The notes under the pieces were generated by a model. The model was not told the origin of the DNA. It saw only the letters and a list, made by a program, of their open reading frames with translations, and searched no databases. The translations under genes were made by a program, and so were the position numbers. Shown one piece after another: positions 53,949 through 63,703 of a DNA stretch of 64,000 nt. This DNA is from an uncultured bacterium. GTDB lineage: Bacteria > Patescibacteriota > Saccharimonadia > UBA4664. The stretch lies in contig CAVUEQ010000001.1 of assembly GCA_963740635.1 (NCBI GenBank), positions 529,026-593,025 on the forward strand, read 5' to 3'. How positions within the stretch are numbered: the first letter of the stretch is position 1; each line of letters starts with the position of its first letter.

Positions 53949-56513
53949 ATGCAGCATCCTGCAGCAAAGCGTTTTTTTAAGTTTGTACATATAATCGGAG
54001 CCAGGCCAAATTGGATGGCCGGTTTTGTGTTAGCATTCGGCCTGGCAGCGGTAGTAGGTGGGGTAGTGGTGCCGAAGGCATCGGCCGCACCAACAGCGGT
54101 CCTGAACCCGGACCTGGAACAAGTTACAAATGGGGCGCCAAATTGTTTTGAACAATCAGGCTGGGGCGGCAATACTGCGAGCTGGTCATTGACGACAGCT
54201 GCTCATTCAGGAACTGTTGCCCAATCGATCACGATCAGTAATTACACGAGTGGCGACCGCAAGCTCCTGATGACAGAGAGTAATTCCTGCGCCCCCGCAT
54301 TGACACCTGGGACCACCTATAATCTGTCGGTCTGGTACAAGTCGACGGGAACGGCCAATTCATTGACGGTGTTTAGGCATTCGGCCGCCGGCTGGGAGTA
54401 TTGGACCGACCTAAAATCGCTACCGGCGGCAGCTTCCTGGACGCAAGCATCGGCAACGACCCCAACCGTTCCGAGCGGTACCGATCAGATCACTTTCGGG
54501 ATTTCGCTGGCTGGCAACGGCACGTTGGTGACAGACGATTACAGCCTCGCGACCTCCGGCGGTGGCGGCGGAGGTAATGGTACCGAGCTCACGACTAACC
54601 CCGGCCTAGAGGAGGGCGGTAACACTCCGACCAGTTGGATGCTGGCTGGTTGGGGAGACGCCACTGTTACCAGCGGAGTCACGAACACCGCGCCTCACAG
54701 CGGCTCACGAGCCTACTCGATCACTTTGGCCAACCGTACCCAGGGTGACTATAAACTGATCCCAACGCAGTCAAGCTCTCCAGCTGTACAGCCAGGAGTC
54801 ATCTACAACTTATCCGTTTGGTACAAGTCGACCGTAGCGAGTAACAGTTTGACAATATTTGCCCATTCGGCCTCCGGCTGGGGCTATTGGACCGATTTGC
54901 AAACGCTGCCCGCGGCGGCCGGATGGACGCAGGTCACGGCTCAGACCCCGTCGATTCCGGCCGGTATTGACGCCATCGCCTGGGGTATATCAATTTTTGG
55001 CAACGGGACGCTGGTGACCGATGATTACTCCACTACCCAATATGCTACTGCGTCGCCGACACCCACACCCGGACCAGCGACCCAAGGACAGTGGACAGTG
55101 CAAAGTTACCAAATGCCGATCCGGGCCATCCACGCCACCGTCCTGAAAAACGGGAAGGTGCTCCTGATAGCCGGATCCGGCAATGATGTTGATAACTTCA
55201 ACGCCGGTTCATTTAAGGCCTCTGTGTGGGATCCGGTTACAGGTACATTTAACACTTTAAACGTTCCCAAAGACATGTTTTGCGCGGGCCATGTCACACT
55301 GCCAGACGGGCGGGTCTTGATCCAGGGCGGCACGAAATCGTACCCCACATCAACTGGTGGCGCCGATTACGGCGGCTTGCGGGACTCGTGGATCTTTGAC
55401 CCTGATACCAACACGTTTACTCCCACAAACCTAGCCAATGACGGTCACTGGTACCCGACGCTGACCGAGCTGGGTGACGGCAGCATCTGGATGGCCGGAG
55501 GCTTGCGCGAGGACACGACCGGGTCGGTAGCGACCGAGCACTTTGATACAGCTGGCAGTCAGTGGCTGCCACTCAACCAGATTAAGCAGACGTGGTCTTT
55601 TTGGGGGCTCTACCCACACATGATTCTTATGCAGGACGGAAGGATGTTTTACAGTGGCGGCCATGTTTTTGGTAACGGCCTTCCCGGGACAGGAGCCTCA
55701 ATCTACAACCCCGACACAGGCACCATCTCCGACGTCTCCGGCCTTAGGCAAAAGGATATGCGTGACCAATCCGCATCGGTTTTGCTACCGCCGGCGCAGG
55801 ACCAAAAATTGATGATCACTGGTGGCGGCAATATTAATACCGCCACCCCTGCCATCAACCTCACCAACCTGATAGACCTGAAGCTAGCAACGCCGTCTTA
55901 CATTCCCGGCCCTGATTTGCCTGGTCTCGGGAAGATGTATGACAACGCAACCACATTGCCCGACCGGACAGTGTTGATATCGAACGGCGGCCAACTCAAC
56001 CGTGATGACTCCACAAATGTCCTCACGGCTGCAATTTACAACCCGGCTAATAACAATTGGACATCAGTGGCAGCCGACCCCATCGGCCGGAACTACCACT
56101 CCACGGCGGTATTGCTCCCAGACGGGCGGGTGGCTGTGTTTGGCTCGAACCCTGGCAATGGTAGCTTCGAAATGCGGGTATCGATCTACCAGCCGACTTA
56201 CTTGTTCCGCGGCGGGCGTCCGACGATCTCGAATGTGCCCGCACTAGCTGCTTACGGCCAGAATTTCTCCTTTAACGTCGGCACTTCGGGTGGCAAGACC
56301 GTGCGGTGGGCCCAGCTTATGAGGCCGATGTCTGTAACGCACCAGAGCGACTCTAACATGCGACTGGTCGATCTGCCGTTGACTGTGAACAACGGCGTGG
56401 CGACAGTCAGTGTGACTCCTAACCATAACTTGTTGCCACCTGGTCCCTACATGCTTACAATCACCGATTCTGACGGTATACCTTCCACGTCTTCATGGGT
56501 GATGGTCAAATGA
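53949..56513 (+). CDS. Secreted CBM-CBM-radical copper oxidase (galactose/glyoxal oxidase, GlxA-like; kelch propeller + DUF1929-type C-domain)
   Basis: Signal peptide. Two carbohydrate-binding-like repeats of about 150 aa (..YNLSVWYKST..NSLT.F.HSA.GW.YWTDL..LPAA..WTQ..). Active-site equivalents: MFCAGH (Cys of the Cys-Tyr cofactor), HWYPT (Tyr), NYHSTAVLLPDGRV (Tyr-His) and SVTHQSD (His). C-terminal Ig-like tail: PPGPYMLTITDSDGIPS. Confidence 0.8.
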   Translation: MQHPAAKRFFKFVHIIGARPNWMAGFVLAFGLAAVVGGVVVPKASAAPTAVLNPDLEQVTNGAPNCFEQSGWGGNTASWSLTTAAHSGTVAQSITISNYTSGDRKLLMTESNSCAPALTPGTTYNLSVWYKSTGTANSLTVFRHSAAGWEYWTDLKSLPAAASWTQASATTPTVPSGTDQITFGISLAGNGTLVTDDYSLATSGGGGGGNGTELTTNPGLEEGGNTPTSWMLAGWGDATVTSGVTNTAPHSGSRAYSITLANRTQGDYKLIPTQSSSPAVQPGVIYNLSVWYKSTVASNSLTIFAHSASGWGYWTDLQTLPAAAGWTQVTAQTPSIPAGIDAIAWGISIFGNGTLVTDDYSTTQYATASPTPTPGPATQGQWTVQSYQMPIRAIHATVLKNGKVLLIAGSGNDVDNFNAGSFKASVWDPVTGTFNTLNVPKDMFCAGHVTLPDGRVLIQGGTKSYPTSTGGADYGGLRDSWIFDPDTNTFTPTNLANDGHWYPTLTELGDGSIWMAGGLREDTTGSVATEHFDTAGSQWLPLNQIKQTWSFWGLYPHMILMQDGRMFYSGGHVFGNGLPGTGASIYNPDTGTISDVSGLRQKDMRDQSASVLLPPAQDQKLMITGGGNINTATPAINLTNLIDLKLATPSYIPGPDLPGLGKMYDNATTLPDRTVLISNGGQLNRDDSTNVLTAAIYNPANNNWTSVAADPIGRNYHSTAVLLPDGRVAVFGSNPGNGSFEMRVSIYQPTYLFRGGRPTISNVPALAAYGQNFSFNVGTSGGKTVRWAQLMRPMSVTHQSDSNMRLVDLPLTVNNGVATVSVTPNHNLLPPGPYMLTITDSDGIPSTSSWVMVK

Positions 56514-56526
56514 AAGGCAGGATGTA

Positions 56527-56991
56527 ATGTTCAACGGGCGGTATATTATTGCGATAACGGCACTCGCTGCTGTGAGCATCGCCTTTATGGCCGAGGCCGA
56601 CCGCAGCGCTCCGCTGACCCCCTACCAGCTTAGCCTTCGTAGCCAGGTTGACGCCGTGAACGGAGCTCCTCAAAGCGGTCGAAATCCGGCAGCCCAGGTG
56701 CAGACAAGTCTGACGGCGGCGGCCTCGGCACCGGTCGGCAACGGACTGAGGACCGAGACGCCAGCTTCCGATGTCAAGGTCACGCAACGCCAGGTCAAGC
56801 CATCGGACGTGCTGCCCGACCCGCATGTCACCGGCAGGTACTTCAACGGCTGTATTATCGGGTATGCCTTGCCGGGCCAGACCTGCGTAGTCGACCCCAT
56901 GAAACAAAGCATTGATTGCCGGTATTCCCGCGCGCTGACGTGCGTTTTGGGTGACTTGAGTCTTGAGAAAGACCCCAAGAAGAAGAAATAA
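56527..56991 (+). CDS. Small secreted protein with Cys-rich C-terminus
   Basis: Signal-anchor YIIAITALAAVSIAFMA and four C-terminal Cys (GCIIG..QTCVV..IDCRY..LTCVL). It starts 14 nt after the oxidase gene. Confidence 0.5.
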   Translation: MFNGRYIIAITALAAVSIAFMAEADRSAPLTPYQLSLRSQVDAVNGAPQSGRNPAAQVQTSLTAAASAPVGNGLRTETPASDVKVTQRQVKPSDVLPDPHVTGRYFNGCIIGYALPGQTCVVDPMKQSIDCRYSRALTCVLGDLSLEKDPKKKK

Positions 56992-57109
56992 TTCTTTACT
57001 AAATGCTAACCGGCCCGGGGAGCCGCCCGCTGCGAGTTACGCAGCAGGGGCTCCACCGGGCCGGAACCATCATACGCCCAGGGGGGCGCATAAGGGTCAG
57101 TTGGGCTCG

Positions 57110-58762
57110 TTATCCACTCACCCGCCATAGGATGAGTGACCCATTTCCGAACTTTCGGACCACCTGAGAGTGATCCAGTGCCTCCTTTACGGTGGGCAAG
57201 TTCTCCTGGATCATCCGCTCCTGGTTGTCATAGCGTGTGAGCAGGAGGTAGCCGATGCCATGATAGCCTTGCCCGTTGAGCTTACGATGGAGTGCTGGGT
57301 CCAGGTCGAGCTTGAATGTAGGGACTGCTTCACGCCCTTGCATCCTTAAGTCGGTCCAGACATCGTCGTCCACCACCAGCAGTGCCTTTGCCGGAACATG
57401 TTGCATCACATACTGAGCGGCATCCCGGACTGCGTAGTCGGGCTTGGCAGACATGGCCTCGTGCAGAGACGGTCCCCAGCGATGGGTCAAGGACACAGCA
57501 GCGAGTGCCATCAGACCAACCACTGCCAGGCGAGCTAGACCGGTGATGGCGGGTTTACGCCAGAGCCATTGGTCTGCCCGCGTCCCTTCCTGAGGGGTGC
57601 GCCAGACTAAAGTCCAGATCCGGTCGGCCACCCCAGCAATCACAAGCGCTGCGAACGGAAACATAGCCGTGGCATAGGCAAAGGGCAGGTAGCCCTTGGT
57701 ACCCAGGAACAACACCTGCGCTAGCAGGCAAACAGCCACCCCACGTAACCGCTTGATTAGCAGAGCGGCAGGGATGGCCAAGGTTCCGACACCGAGCAGG
57801 ACCGGGTCGGCATGAAGCCAGCCTATGACTGCCATGTACTTGCCGCTGTGGGGGTCGAGAACACTCCCGCTTCCCTGCCTGCCCACGAGTTGCCACCAGG
57901 CCGAGCCGAGCAAGCTCACGTGGCCGCGGCCCGGGATGAATTCGTTCTTGACGACAGCGTAGAGAACATAGAACGCGGCAGTCAGAGCGAATGACCATCT
58001 CATATACGATCGCCATATCTTGGCGTTGCGGTCGTCACTTCGATCCCAGAGCATAATGAACACTCCGAGAATCAGGGCGACGAAGATGGTCTCCTTGGAC
58101 AGGACAGCCAGGGCGCAGGCGACACCAGCAGTCGCCGCCGACCTCAGGCTCCTCATTGGTGAAGCCAGGGCCCAAAGGCCAATGACAGCCCACATCACTG
58201 CCACGTTGTCGAGAAACACGAACCGCTGAAACTCGAGCGCGAGCGGTGACAACGAGAACAACAGCACAGCTGCACCAGCGAAGAACTGGCGCAGACCGAG
58301 CCGCCGGGCGAGGAGGTACAGGAACAGCACCGTTACCAGGTGGATGAACAACATGGCTTCGCGCCCCGCGATGATTGCCGTCGGATCACGCTGGAACGCG
58401 CGCGTAACCGTGGTGTAGGCGGCGATTGTGATCCAGCCAAACGGCGGGTGGTCGTACATGAAGGTATACGGGCTGAGGCTGAAGTGCTTGTATTGCACCG
58501 CCCAAGCCTGCTGCATGTAGATACCTTCGTCGCTGTTGATTAACCCAGGAGACCCAGCAAACCCCCGCCAGTGCACCCAAAATGCCACCACCAAGACGGT
58601 AGTGAGCATCAGAGCGCCAGGAAGGTAGTGCCGCCGCCACTCCCGCGACCAGACGACTGGCCGCGGGAGTGGCTTTACAGCTGGTTTATGTCTCGGAGCT
58701 ACCAACAATTGTTGGGTTAGGGATCTAGCCCGCGAAAGCGGGCTCTGGGTCAGTGACGTCAC
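57110..58762 (-). CDS. GT-C fold glycosyltransferase (PMT/ArnT-like, polyprenyl-phosphate-sugar dependent)
   Basis: GAGGGGAG lies 7 nt before the GTG at 58762. The first extracytoplasmic loop has the DE motif (INSDEGIY). More than 10 TM helices, with a soluble C-terminal domain. Confidence 0.8.
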   Translation of the reverse strand: MTSLTQSPLSRARSLTQQLLVAPRHKPAVKPLPRPVVWSREWRRHYLPGALMLTTVLVVAFWVHWRGFAGSPGLINSDEGIYMQQAWAVQYKHFSLSPYTFMYDHPPFGWITIAAYTTVTRAFQRDPTAIIAGREAMLFIHLVTVLFLYLLARRLGLRQFFAGAAVLLFSLSPLALEFQRFVFLDNVAVMWAVIGLWALASPMRSLRSAATAGVACALAVLSKETIFVALILGVFIMLWDRSDDRNAKIWRSYMRWSFALTAAFYVLYAVVKNEFIPGRGHVSLLGSAWWQLVGRQGSGSVLDPHSGKYMAVIGWLHADPVLLGVGTLAIPAALLIKRLRGVAVCLLAQVLFLGTKGYLPFAYATAMFPFAALVIAGVADRIWTLVWRTPQEGTRADQWLWRKPAITGLARLAVVGLMALAAVSLTHRWGPSLHEAMSAKPDYAVRDAAQYVMQHVPAKALLVVDDDVWTDLRMQGREAVPTFKLDLDPALHRKLNGQGYHGIGYLLLTRYDNQERMIQENLPTVKEALDHSQVVRKFGNGSLILWRVSG

Positions 58763-60896
58763 CGAAATGCTCCCCTCTGTGCATGGTCTTGCCCCAGTCG
58801 TACTGCTTGAGAACGTAGCGCTTGAATGCGCTGATCGCTGCCACTGCCAGGGCGATGTTGTAAATCGGGATGAACAGCACGAACCGGATCATGTACAGGC
58901 GAGTGACTCTGAGCTGAAATTCCTGGCAGAAGTCCAAGAAGGCCAACCTGAGAACTAGCGCATACCTGACGGACAGTGCCGCCGGTAGGAAAGTCCACAA
59001 CACGATGGCCACCGGTGCCTTGTACAGGATCGCTGTAGCAAGGGACAGTGGAATCATGATTCCGGAAAGGGCTTGCCAGTACGTGATCGTCAGCAGCTCG
59101 TAGGCCAGCAATCGCTTGCGCAACGAGGGTATCTGACGCCACTCGCCCCGGCCCCGGACGTCTTTGAAACCCACGTCCCAACGACGGCGCTGGACTCTCC
59201 AGGCCCGCAAGGACGTTGGGGTTTCCTCCTGCGTGACAAGTTCGGGCACGTAGAAGGTCCGGATAGGGAGGCCCAACACGCAGGCCCGTACTGCCTGGTC
59301 CGCGTCCTCGGTCGGGACATCGACCCAGGATACTTTCTTGAGTACGTGGGTCCACCAAAGGGTGGTGTTACCGCCCAGGGTGATGAACCCTTTCTCAGCC
59401 TGGTATTTCATACGCGACTTGAACCACACGCGGTATTCGGTGCAATTGATGCCACGCCAGGCACTACCCCAGCGGAACCCACGCGGGTCCCACCGGGCGT
59501 AGGTTTGCCCGGCTAGGCGTTCGCAACGGGCGCGCCTTTTGCCGGTTTGGTTAGCCGGGTCCTTGCGCCCAGATGGGGTTGGGTGTACCCGGTGGGGAGC
59601 CCAGATGTTCATGAGCTGTACGCCGCCCTGCCAGATTGCCACTTCGGGATAACGCATAGCACGCGTGTTGAAGTCAAGCATTATATCCTCGGCGGCTTTG
59701 CTTTCGGCATCGAGCCAGAATGATAGGTCTCGGTCGACGCGCTCCTGCAGCATGTGGATCATGGACAACGGCTTGCTTTGCCTGTCGTCCACCGGAACCA
59801 ATACGACCTCGATGCGTCCAGGGAACTCTTGTTCGGCCCGGCGCGCTTCGGCGATCGTTGGTAGTTCGTGGTCGGCGTCGCCTATCCCCACCAACACGCG
59901 ATACATTTCGCGGGGATAGTTGAGGTTCATCATGCGCCGCAGGTTGCGGTACAACACCCCAGCCTCATTGCTCGCAGGCACGAGGATATCGAAGGTGTAA
60001 TACGGTTCCTCGTACGATTCGAGCCGGTCTTGGCCAGAATCGGCGGCCCATGGGTTGCGCCAGTGGTGCGACGTCAGACGCAGCGTGCGAGCTTGGATTA
60101 CAAACATCGGGAGGCTGTAGAGGCTAACTGTCGTGATCATGGTGGCGCTTGCATTTTGCAACATACCCCAGCCAAATGCTCCAATCGCAGCCAGAGACAG
60201 CAGGCCTTGGAGCATCCGGCGAGAACGGGGAGGCAAACGCCAGACACGGCGCCTCGGAGCCTCAGGCCAGCGCGGAAGCAGCTTGCCTTCGTGCGAGACG
60301 TGCATGGCTGGCATTGTGGCCAGGGGGGGCTTGATTGCCACGGCATGGTGACGAGGGCGATACCCATAGCTGTATGACCTTCGGGCCTTCCCTAAGGTGC
60401 GGTGAAGCGCTCCGTTGCGGGAATTGACCCGATTGCCACGCGGTAGGAATCCGGGCTCGAACACCCAGTTCTTCGATACCACGAAGTTGATGATCGTGAT
60501 GGCCCCGACGGACAGGGTGTTGGCGACAACGTAGTGCATCCGGCAGAGGTGCAGGGGACCGAATGTGAGATTGAGACGCAGGCTCACCAGCCAGACGACG
60601 CCAACCCAGTTGAGGTAAGACGTCGCCGCACGGCTGAAAATGAACTTGCCCAAGCACATCAGTCCGTTTTCCTGGCTCCCGCGGAAGGTGATCTTGTGGT
60701 TGAGTACGAAATTGTACACGAACGTTATTACGAGCATTACTGCCGTCGCCACCCGGACACTACATCCGAGGCGGTCGATTAGCAGCCACATGGTGGCCAG
60801 ACCGATCACCAGTCCGGATAGGCCGGTAGCGATGAATTGGGCGAACTGCTTGAATTGGCCGGCTTCTTGCACGGCCACTTGCCGGTGAGACGTCAT
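58725..60896 (-). CDS. GtrA-like domain fused to a processive family-2 glycosyltransferase (synthase type)
   Basis: GGGGGAGAG precedes the ATG at 60896. N-terminal GtrA-like 4-TM module (FIATGLSGLVIGL..VYNFVLNHKITF..NFVVSKNWVF). GT2 motifs: DILVPASNE, LDAES (DxD position), TEDAD, and QRRRWDVG (Q-x-x-R-W). C-terminal TM bundle. Confidence 0.8.
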   Translation of the reverse strand: MTSHRQVAVQEAGQFKQFAQFIATGLSGLVIGLATMWLLIDRLGCSVRVATAVMLVITFVYNFVLNHKITFRGSQENGLMCLGKFIFSRAATSYLNWVGVVWLVSLRLNLTFGPLHLCRMHYVVANTLSVGAITIINFVVSKNWVFEPGFLPRGNRVNSRNGALHRTLGKARRSYSYGYRPRHHAVAIKPPLATMPAMHVSHEGKLLPRWPEAPRRRVWRLPPRSRRMLQGLLSLAAIGAFGWGMLQNASATMITTVSLYSLPMFVIQARTLRLTSHHWRNPWAADSGQDRLESYEEPYYTFDILVPASNEAGVLYRNLRRMMNLNYPREMYRVLVGIGDADHELPTIAEARRAEQEFPGRIEVVLVPVDDRQSKPLSMIHMLQERVDRDLSFWLDAESKAAEDIMLDFNTRAMRYPEVAIWQGGVQLMNIWAPHRVHPTPSGRKDPANQTGKRRARCERLAGQTYARWDPRGFRWGSAWRGINCTEYRVWFKSRMKYQAEKGFITLGGNTTLWWTHVLKKVSWVDVPTEDADQAVRACVLGLPIRTFYVPELVTQEETPTSLRAWRVQRRRWDVGFKDVRGRGEWRQIPSLRKRLLAYELLTITYWQALSGIMIPLSLATAILYKAPVAIVLWTFLPAALSVRYALVLRLAFLDFCQEFQLRVTRLYMIRFVLFIPIYNIALAVAAISAFKRYVLKQYDWGKTMHRGEHFGDVTDPEPAFAG

Positions 60897-60920
60897 GGAT
60901 AGCTCTCCCCCCAATCGGGT

Positions 60921-61712
60921 TCAGACGGTGTCGATGAGCGGTTCTGCACGCTGCTTGGCAGGCTTGCGGAACCACATGTCGTAGCGCATGATCAACAGCT
61001 GCTTGACGAGCAGTAGGAGTTGCTTCTTGGTTGCTTTGCTGTCTCCCTCAGAGCGAGGATCGAAGGTGTACCCGTACTCCATGAACCGGAGAGGGGCGCA
61101 CCTCACGAGGATCTCGAGGAGGAACTTGAAGCCCATAGGACGCACGCCTTCCATGTCGACCTTGTCGCGGTTGATGGCGAAGAAGCCGCTGGTGCGGTCT
61201 GTCAGATCGCGTAGTCGTACCGGGAAGAACGCCCAGGTCATGAAGCCGGTTGCCCGTGAGATGAGGTAGCGGGCCAGGTTGAAGCCCGGTGCGCTGCCGC
61301 CGTAGCGCCAGCGTGTGGGCAGCACCATGTCTACCCCGGAGGCGAGGCAGACTGCGACCGGCAGCAATTCCTCGGGTGGGTGTTGTAGGTCGCCGTCACA
61401 GACGACGATGCGTTCGAACTTGGCATTGGTGATGCCCCGCAGGATCGCACCGGCCAGGCCGTCGCGCCGGCGCTCTTCCTGGCTCCGGCGAATCCAACTG
61501 ATAGTCAGGTTCGTCCGTCCGTTGTACAGCTCGGCGAGGCGCTGCGCGGCATTGGCGGTGAGGTCGTTTTTGGAGTCATCCACAAACAGGAGCTGCACCG
61601 CCCCTTGCCAGCGCCTGGATTCCATGCTGTGCCCTAGACGGCGCACAAGCTCTGGAACATTGTCTTCCTCATGGAAAGTCGGCACAACAATCGTAACGTT
61701 CAGGTTCATCAT
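60921..61712 (-). CDS. Polyprenyl-phosphate glycosyltransferase (Ppm1/DPM1/GtrB-like GT2)
   Basis: GGAGGT precedes the ATG. VTIVVPTFHEEDNVPELVRRL, LLFVDDSKND, VCDGDLQHPP. Confidence 0.85.
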   Translation of the reverse strand: MMNLNVTIVVPTFHEEDNVPELVRRLGHSMESRRWQGAVQLLFVDDSKNDLTANAAQRLAELYNGRTNLTISWIRRSQEERRRDGLAGAILRGITNAKFERIVVCDGDLQHPPEELLPVAVCLASGVDMVLPTRWRYGGSAPGFNLARYLISRATGFMTWAFFPVRLRDLTDRTSGFFAINRDKVDMEGVRPMGFKFLLEILVRCAPLRFMEYGYTFDPRSEGDSKATKKQLLLLVKQLLIMRYDMWFRKPAKQRAEPLIDTV

Positions 61713-61805
61713 ACCTCCAACTAGTAGCGGTTCGGGATTGGGTTGGTGCGTTACTTTGGTCGGGTTGGTGTTTCTTCGGAAATGTTGAATTGTGAATCAG
61801 CCCAA

Positions 61806-61826
61806 CAAAAAGCTCCTTTCAGGAGC
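61806..61826 (-). terminator. Rho-independent terminator after the PH-domain gene
   Basis: Minus strand reads GCTCCT-gaa-AGGAGC followed by TTTTTG. Confidence 0.5.
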
Positions 61827-61953
61827 GTGGGTTTCTATTTGCTCGGTAGAGGGTAAAACCATACCGCATTACTAATAATCACAAGTTTTGTTCATTATGT
61901 CAATACAATTTGTGATTTCGCATGAGTCATTTTGCCCAAAGCTGGGGTCTATG

Positions 61954-62544
61954 TTACGGCGAGTGAGGTTCGGGGGGCGATGGCGACTCAGGCACCAACC
62001 TTTGGGCGCCGGCTGATCCCTCGCCGGCAGCCAGCGAACGCATGGCTTCTTCATGTTTCTCGAGCGCTTCATCGGCCAGGGCCTGGGGGTCGGGGGCGTT
62101 GCGAAAGATGAACTTCTCCTGCTCGCCAGCCGATTGGATTTGGATCTCGCCGAAATTAAAGACGGTTTGCAAAAAGCCTTGTTTGACGCCCGAAACATCC
62201 TCGATTTGCCGCAGATTGATCTGAGAAACCCGGCGTTGGAATAGGGCGAGTTGCTCGACCTGGACGATGTGGATATTGGTGAAAATCAGCAGGTTATGCC
62301 GGTATACGAAGAGGGCCACGACGAAAATGATAACGGCTATGAGCACCATCACGAGAATGAGCAACAACATAAGGCCCGGCGGAAACGGCGTAGCTGCGGG
62401 AAAGCGGCCCAAAATGTAGGCGAAGGCAGCGGCGACCACAGCCAGCAACCCGGCGATCAGCAGCGTTGGCAGGACGTCAAAAATGCTGCGGCGGACGACG
62501 CGGACAATGTTTTCGCCCGGGTCGAGTTTGAATCCGTAATCCAT
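61954..62544 (-). CDS. Bacterial PH-domain (bPH_2/YdbT-like) membrane protein
   Basis: Two TM helices followed by the PH-like segment: IFTNIHIVQVEQLALFQRRVSQINLRQIEDVSGVKQGFLQTVFNFGEIQIQSAG. Confidence 0.75.
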   Translation of the reverse strand: MDYGFKLDPGENIVRVVRRSIFDVLPTLLIAGLLAVVAAAFAYILGRFPAATPFPPGLMLLLILVMVLIAVIIFVVALFVYRHNLLIFTNIHIVQVEQLALFQRRVSQINLRQIEDVSGVKQGFLQTVFNFGEIQIQSAGEQEKFIFRNAPDPQALADEALEKHEEAMRSLAAGEGSAGAQRLVPESPSPPEPHSP

Positions 62545-62575
62545 GACGGCTCCTTAATGCGATAACGGCATTATA

Positions 62576-63634
62576 CTACCCTACCGAGCCAAAACCGGAG
62601 ACCGCCAAGTAGGTGATGGCGACCAATAGGCTCGACACCTGGGCGGCGGCGAACAGCCGGTAATGCACGCTTTGCCAGCGCCGGAGGCCTTTGCGCCAGA
62701 CGGTGAGGTGCGTGAACACGTAGACCGACAGCAGCAGGAGCAGCAGCAATATGGTCACAATGGTGCCGAAGTTAAGCGTGCGGATAATCGAGAGCGGCTT
62801 GAAGAGGCTGTATTGCTGGGGGCCGGGCGCGCTGGGCGTGATGCTGCCGTTGGCTACGACCGGCTTGGGGCTCTTGGAGGGAGTGGGCGTGGCGGAGGGG
62901 CTGGGCGTGAGAGTGGGCGTGGCCGCCGGGGTGGCTGTGGCCACGGGCGCGGCCGCCGGGCGTGGGGTGGCGGCGGGCTTGGGCGCCGGCGCGTTGGCGG
63001 CCACGGTGGCTCCAGCCACCGAGCCGTAGTGCGCCACCACCAGTGTGGTCTGGCCGCCCTGCAGCGTGCCGTTTTGGACCGCGAAGCCCACGTCGGTGTA
63101 GTTGGGATTAAGGATGTTGGCTTTGTGGCCGGCCGAATTCATCCAACCGGTCATCACGCCGGAGGTGGTGTCGAAGTCTTTGGCCAGGTTTTCGCCGGCG
63201 TAGCTGTAGTTGTAGCCGGCCTGGGTAAACCATTGCCAGGGTTGGGCGCCGGTGGCGGGATTGACGTGCGCCCAGTAATTGTACTGGAACATATCCGCGG
63301 CCTTCAGCGACGCGCTGCTGTTGAGGCGAGAGTCGAGCTTAAGCGCGGGCAGGCCGGCGGCGGCGCGCTGTTGGTTGGTCTGGTTAAACAGGTCGACCGG
63401 CGTAATGTCGGTGGCGTAGGCCAGCACATTGCCGTGCACCAGCACGCGAACAGCGGCCGGCCGCATGATGTTGGCCGTCACCTGCACGCCGATGATCATG
63501 ATGGCCATCAGGGCCAGGCCGTGCAGGCGGATGAGATGCGGACGGTGGTCGTTGTGCTTATGCGGAACCAGCCAGTGACGGAGCTGGCTGTGAGCCCTGA
63601 GATACAGAGGTTTAGGCTTAAGCTTTTTACCCAT
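62576..63634 (-). CDS. CAP/SCP (YkwD-like) domain protein with PT-rich linker and C-terminal TM helices
   Basis: LNSSASLKAADMFQYNYWAHV..GENLAKDF..GWMNSAGHKANILNPNYTDVGFAV. Confidence 0.8.
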   Translation of the reverse strand: MGKKLKPKPLYLRAHSQLRHWLVPHKHNDHRPHLIRLHGLALMAIMIIGVQVTANIMRPAAVRVLVHGNVLAYATDITPVDLFNQTNQQRAAAGLPALKLDSRLNSSASLKAADMFQYNYWAHVNPATGAQPWQWFTQAGYNYSYAGENLAKDFDTTSGVMTGWMNSAGHKANILNPNYTDVGFAVQNGTLQGGQTTLVVAHYGSVAGATVAANAPAPKPAATPRPAAAPVATATPAATPTLTPSPSATPTPSKSPKPVVANGSITPSAPGPQQYSLFKPLSIIRTLNFGTIVTILLLLLLLSVYVFTHLTVWRKGLRRWQSVHYRLFAAAQVSSLLVAITYLAVSGFGSVG

Positions 63635-63653
63635 GACGCAATTGTACCATCTT

Positions 63654-63680
63654 AAAAACCCCGCGCGAGGCGGGGTTTTT
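63654..63680. terminator. Bidirectional rho-independent terminator
   Basis: AAAAACCCCGC-gcgag-GCGGGGTTTTT. Confidence 0.6.
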
Positions 63681-63703
63681 AAGGGTTAGCGGACGGCGGG
63701 TGT

